A stretch of 42,733 bases of DNA from Burkholderiaceae bacterium. GTDB lineage: Bacteria; Pseudomonadota; Gammaproteobacteria; Burkholderiales; Burkholderiaceae. Where the stretch lies: the NCBI GenBank assembly GCA_040377355.1, contig JBEIOY010000001.1:1-42733 (forward strand). The letters are read 5' to 3'. The notes under the pieces are model-generated. The model made no database searches. It was not told the DNA's origin and was given only the letters and a program-made list of their open reading frames with translations. Each line of letters opens with the position of its first letter. The stretch's first letter is position 1. Shown piece by piece: positions 41,102-42,733 of the stretch. The translations under genes and the position numbers were made by a program.

Positions 41102-41134
41102 CTTAAGTCTTTAACTTAGGTCTTTAACTTAGGT
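41096..41134. repeat. 13-bp tandem repeat, three copies (CTTTAACTTARGT)
   Basis: CTTTAACTTAAGT CTTTAACTTAGGT CTTTAACTTAGGT; the first unit contains the gabD stop codon. Confidence 0.85.
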
Positions 41135-41164
41135 CTTAGCACTTGGTTCAGCTCAGAAGTTAGT

Positions 41165-41878
41165 TCACAGCTTTTTGTTCAAAAGACTCTTTAGGCCTCT
41201 CACTTTATCGACCAACACAGTTGGTGGGATATTCATTTTGAGTCTTGATAGACACCCCTGAACATGCATTGGCTTACCAATAAATGCATCGCAGGCTTTG
41301 ATTAAATCTCTGTGTATTGATTCACCATAAGCTGTTGTTGATTTTGCAAAACCACTCTGCCACTCATGAGCAGTAAATCTCATCATCACGAGATCAATCA
41401 AATCCCGGCTAAATACTGAAACATCACCCCAACGATCAGAGTTAGCCAACAATTTACTGGCAATCAGATCTGCAACGGTCAAACATTGAACGCCGTGTAT
41501 TTTGTCAGTATCACCTGATTGATCAAATGGTATACGTCCCTCCAAGACAATCTCAAACCGAATGGATGACCCCATGATTTTCACAACAGATCTAATTCCA
41601 TATTGATCAGCCCTTACATCGTGACTCGCATCAATCTGACCAAGATTTGAAAACAAATTAGCCAAACCCCCTGGATCTGTAGCATCACTTCGTAACTGCC
41701 TATACCCAACAATATCTGACACCATAAAATCAATGTCTACAGATTCTCTGAATTCATCATATTTCAGAGCAATGGCAGTACCGCCCCCAAAATAACAATG
41801 GGCATTGCTCAGTTTTTCATGATTCAAAGACTCAAGTACATGAGCGATTTTTTGATGGTGCTCTCGTGTAAATGGCAT
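41165..41878 (-). CDS. AbiEii/AbiGii-family (DUF1814) nucleotidyltransferase, putative toxin
   Basis: FGGGTAIAL...RESVDIDF, K..A..DR and RDLIDL motifs. Confidence 0.88.
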   Translation of the reverse strand: MPFTREHHQKIAHVLESLNHEKLSNAHCYFGGGTAIALKYDEFRESVDIDFMVSDIVGYRQLRSDATDPGGLANLFSNLGQIDASHDVRADQYGIRSVVKIMGSSIRFEIVLEGRIPFDQSGDTDKIHGVQCLTVADLIASKLLANSDRWGDVSVFSRDLIDLVMMRFTAHEWQSGFAKSTTAYGESIHRDLIKACDAFIGKPMHVQGCLSRLKMNIPPTVLVDKVRGLKSLLNKKL

Positions 41879-41901
41879 TAGTCAATTTTCCTTTTTTACA
41901 A

Positions 41902-42363
41902 TCAGTGATCATTCAATTCAACGCCCAATTGCTTGATCAATTTCTTCTCTTGCTCGGTCATTTCATTTAAAAGAATGTATTTTTGATTTCTCTCATACAT
42001 ATTTTTAGCCTCGATGGCATTCAAGACTGCATCGTCTTTTAATTGCCAGCTGATCAACTTTAATTGCGGGTAATTCTTGATCGCAATTGCATTTAGATGA
42101 TTGTCTTTCTCAAGATCATTCAGCTCGGGAGCTCCCTCTTGAATACTCAAACTTAACCCCAGAGCAATGATGACGCTCATATAAGCACCCATACCCACAC
42201 CAGGTTCACCTTTTTCAATGCGGTGAAGAGTGATTCTAGAAATACCAGCTGTTAAAGCAACTGACTCAGCAGCAACCCGCAACTTTTTTCTTTGCAAAAG
42301 AATCTTTTGACCCAAGCCGGCCAAAAACTCTTGCTGAAGAAATTCTTTGTAATTTGCTTCCAT
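41902..42363 (-). CDS. XRE-type HTH protein with an extra C-terminal domain, putative antitoxin/regulator
   Basis: LG..I...RK.L......A..AGISR.TL.RIEKG HTH; C-terminal YPQL..ISW...YERN; directly upstream of the nucleotidyltransferase. Confidence 0.8.
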   Translation of the reverse strand: MEANYKEFLQQEFLAGLGQKILLQRKKLRVAAESVALTAGISRITLHRIEKGEPGVGMGAYMSVIIALGLSLSIQEGAPELNDLEKDNHLNAIAIKNYPQLKLISWQLKDDAVLNAIEAKNMYERNQKYILLNEMTEQEKKLIKQLGVELNDH

Positions 42364-42365
42364 AA

Positions 42366-42413
42366 TGTTTCTTATTATACACAAAATTAATGTTTTGTAT
42401 ATAATAAGAAACA
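42366..42413. promoter_or_regulatory. 21-bp inverted repeat (20/21 match, 6-bp spacer) over the promoter of the XRE gene
   Basis: TGTTTCTTATTATACACAAAA-TTAATG-TTTTGTATATAATAAGAAACA; includes TATAAT on the minus strand. Confidence 0.8.
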
Positions 42414-42447
42414 ATTTATATGAATTAAACCGAAGAAAGCCTTAAAA

Positions 42448-42733
42448 TCACACCTTCTTGAACACCAAATCCCAAACCCCGTGCCCAAGACGAATTCCTC
42501 GATTTTCAAACTTGGTCACTGGGCGGTAACTCGGACGTTTTGCGTACCCACCTGCTAAGACACCGGTGTTTACCAGAGTTGGCTCTGCAGACAAAACCTC
42601 CATCATCTGCTCAGCATATTCTTGCCAATCGGTGGCCAGGTGCCAATAGCCACTTGGTTTAATCCGGCTACTTAATAGTGATACAAATTCTGGCTGGATC
42701 AAACGACGCTTGTTGTGGCGTTTTTTATGCCAC
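42448..42733 (-). CDS. trmB: tRNA (guanine-N7)-methyltransferase, 3' part (5' end lies outside the window)
   Basis: [31 protein letters not shown]. Confidence 0.95.
   Translation of the reverse strand, partial: WHKKRHNKRRLIQPEFVSLLSSRIKPSGYWHLATDWQEYAEQMMEVLSAEPTLVNTGVLAGGYAKRPSYRPVTKFENRGIRLGHGVWDLVFKKV

Noticed and set aside
41096-41134. Direct repeats as a possible CRISPR remnant
   Set aside because: 13-bp contiguous units without spacers, and no cas genes in the window.

Overview
A compact, mostly housekeeping chromosomal segment from a streamlined betaproteobacterium. Gene order and protein style suggest a Polynucleobacter-like Burkholderiaceae member, which is an inference. Gene content in order: partial glycosyltransferase, dnaE, gluQ, rhlE-like helicase, GlcG/HbpS protein, BigR/SqrR-type regulator plus DUF2892, azlCD, queG, tsaE-amiC, tRNA-Lys(TTT), DCC/DUF2237/USP genes, plsY-xerD, AEC transporter, murB, yajQ, sodB, xseA, exbB/exbD-like pair-lpxK-Trm112-like-kdsB-adk, SDR-tolQRAB-pal-cpoB-queC, glyA-nrdR, orphan BrnA-like antitoxin, four minor pilin-like genes, ribD-ribE-ribBA-ribH-nusB, SLT transglycosylase, gabD-like dehydrogenase, an XRE-HTH plus AbiEii-type nucleotidyltransferase module, and partial trmB. 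No integrated mobile element or CRISPR array was seen. The most notable signals are: (1) a datA/DARS-like cluster of DnaA boxes around two divergent IHF consensus sites and an AT tract between xseA and exbB; (2) a non-canonical XRE/nucleotidyltransferase toxin-antitoxin pair with a 21-bp inverted-repeat operator; (3) recurrent -10 hexamers 6-10 nt before start codons, suggesting widespread leaderless mRNAs including dnaE; (4) a motif-dense 440-bp intergenic region upstream of the SLT gene; (5) a reduced pilin cluster in which one pilin lacks a leader peptide. All family assignments come from motif recognition by eye, not database searches.
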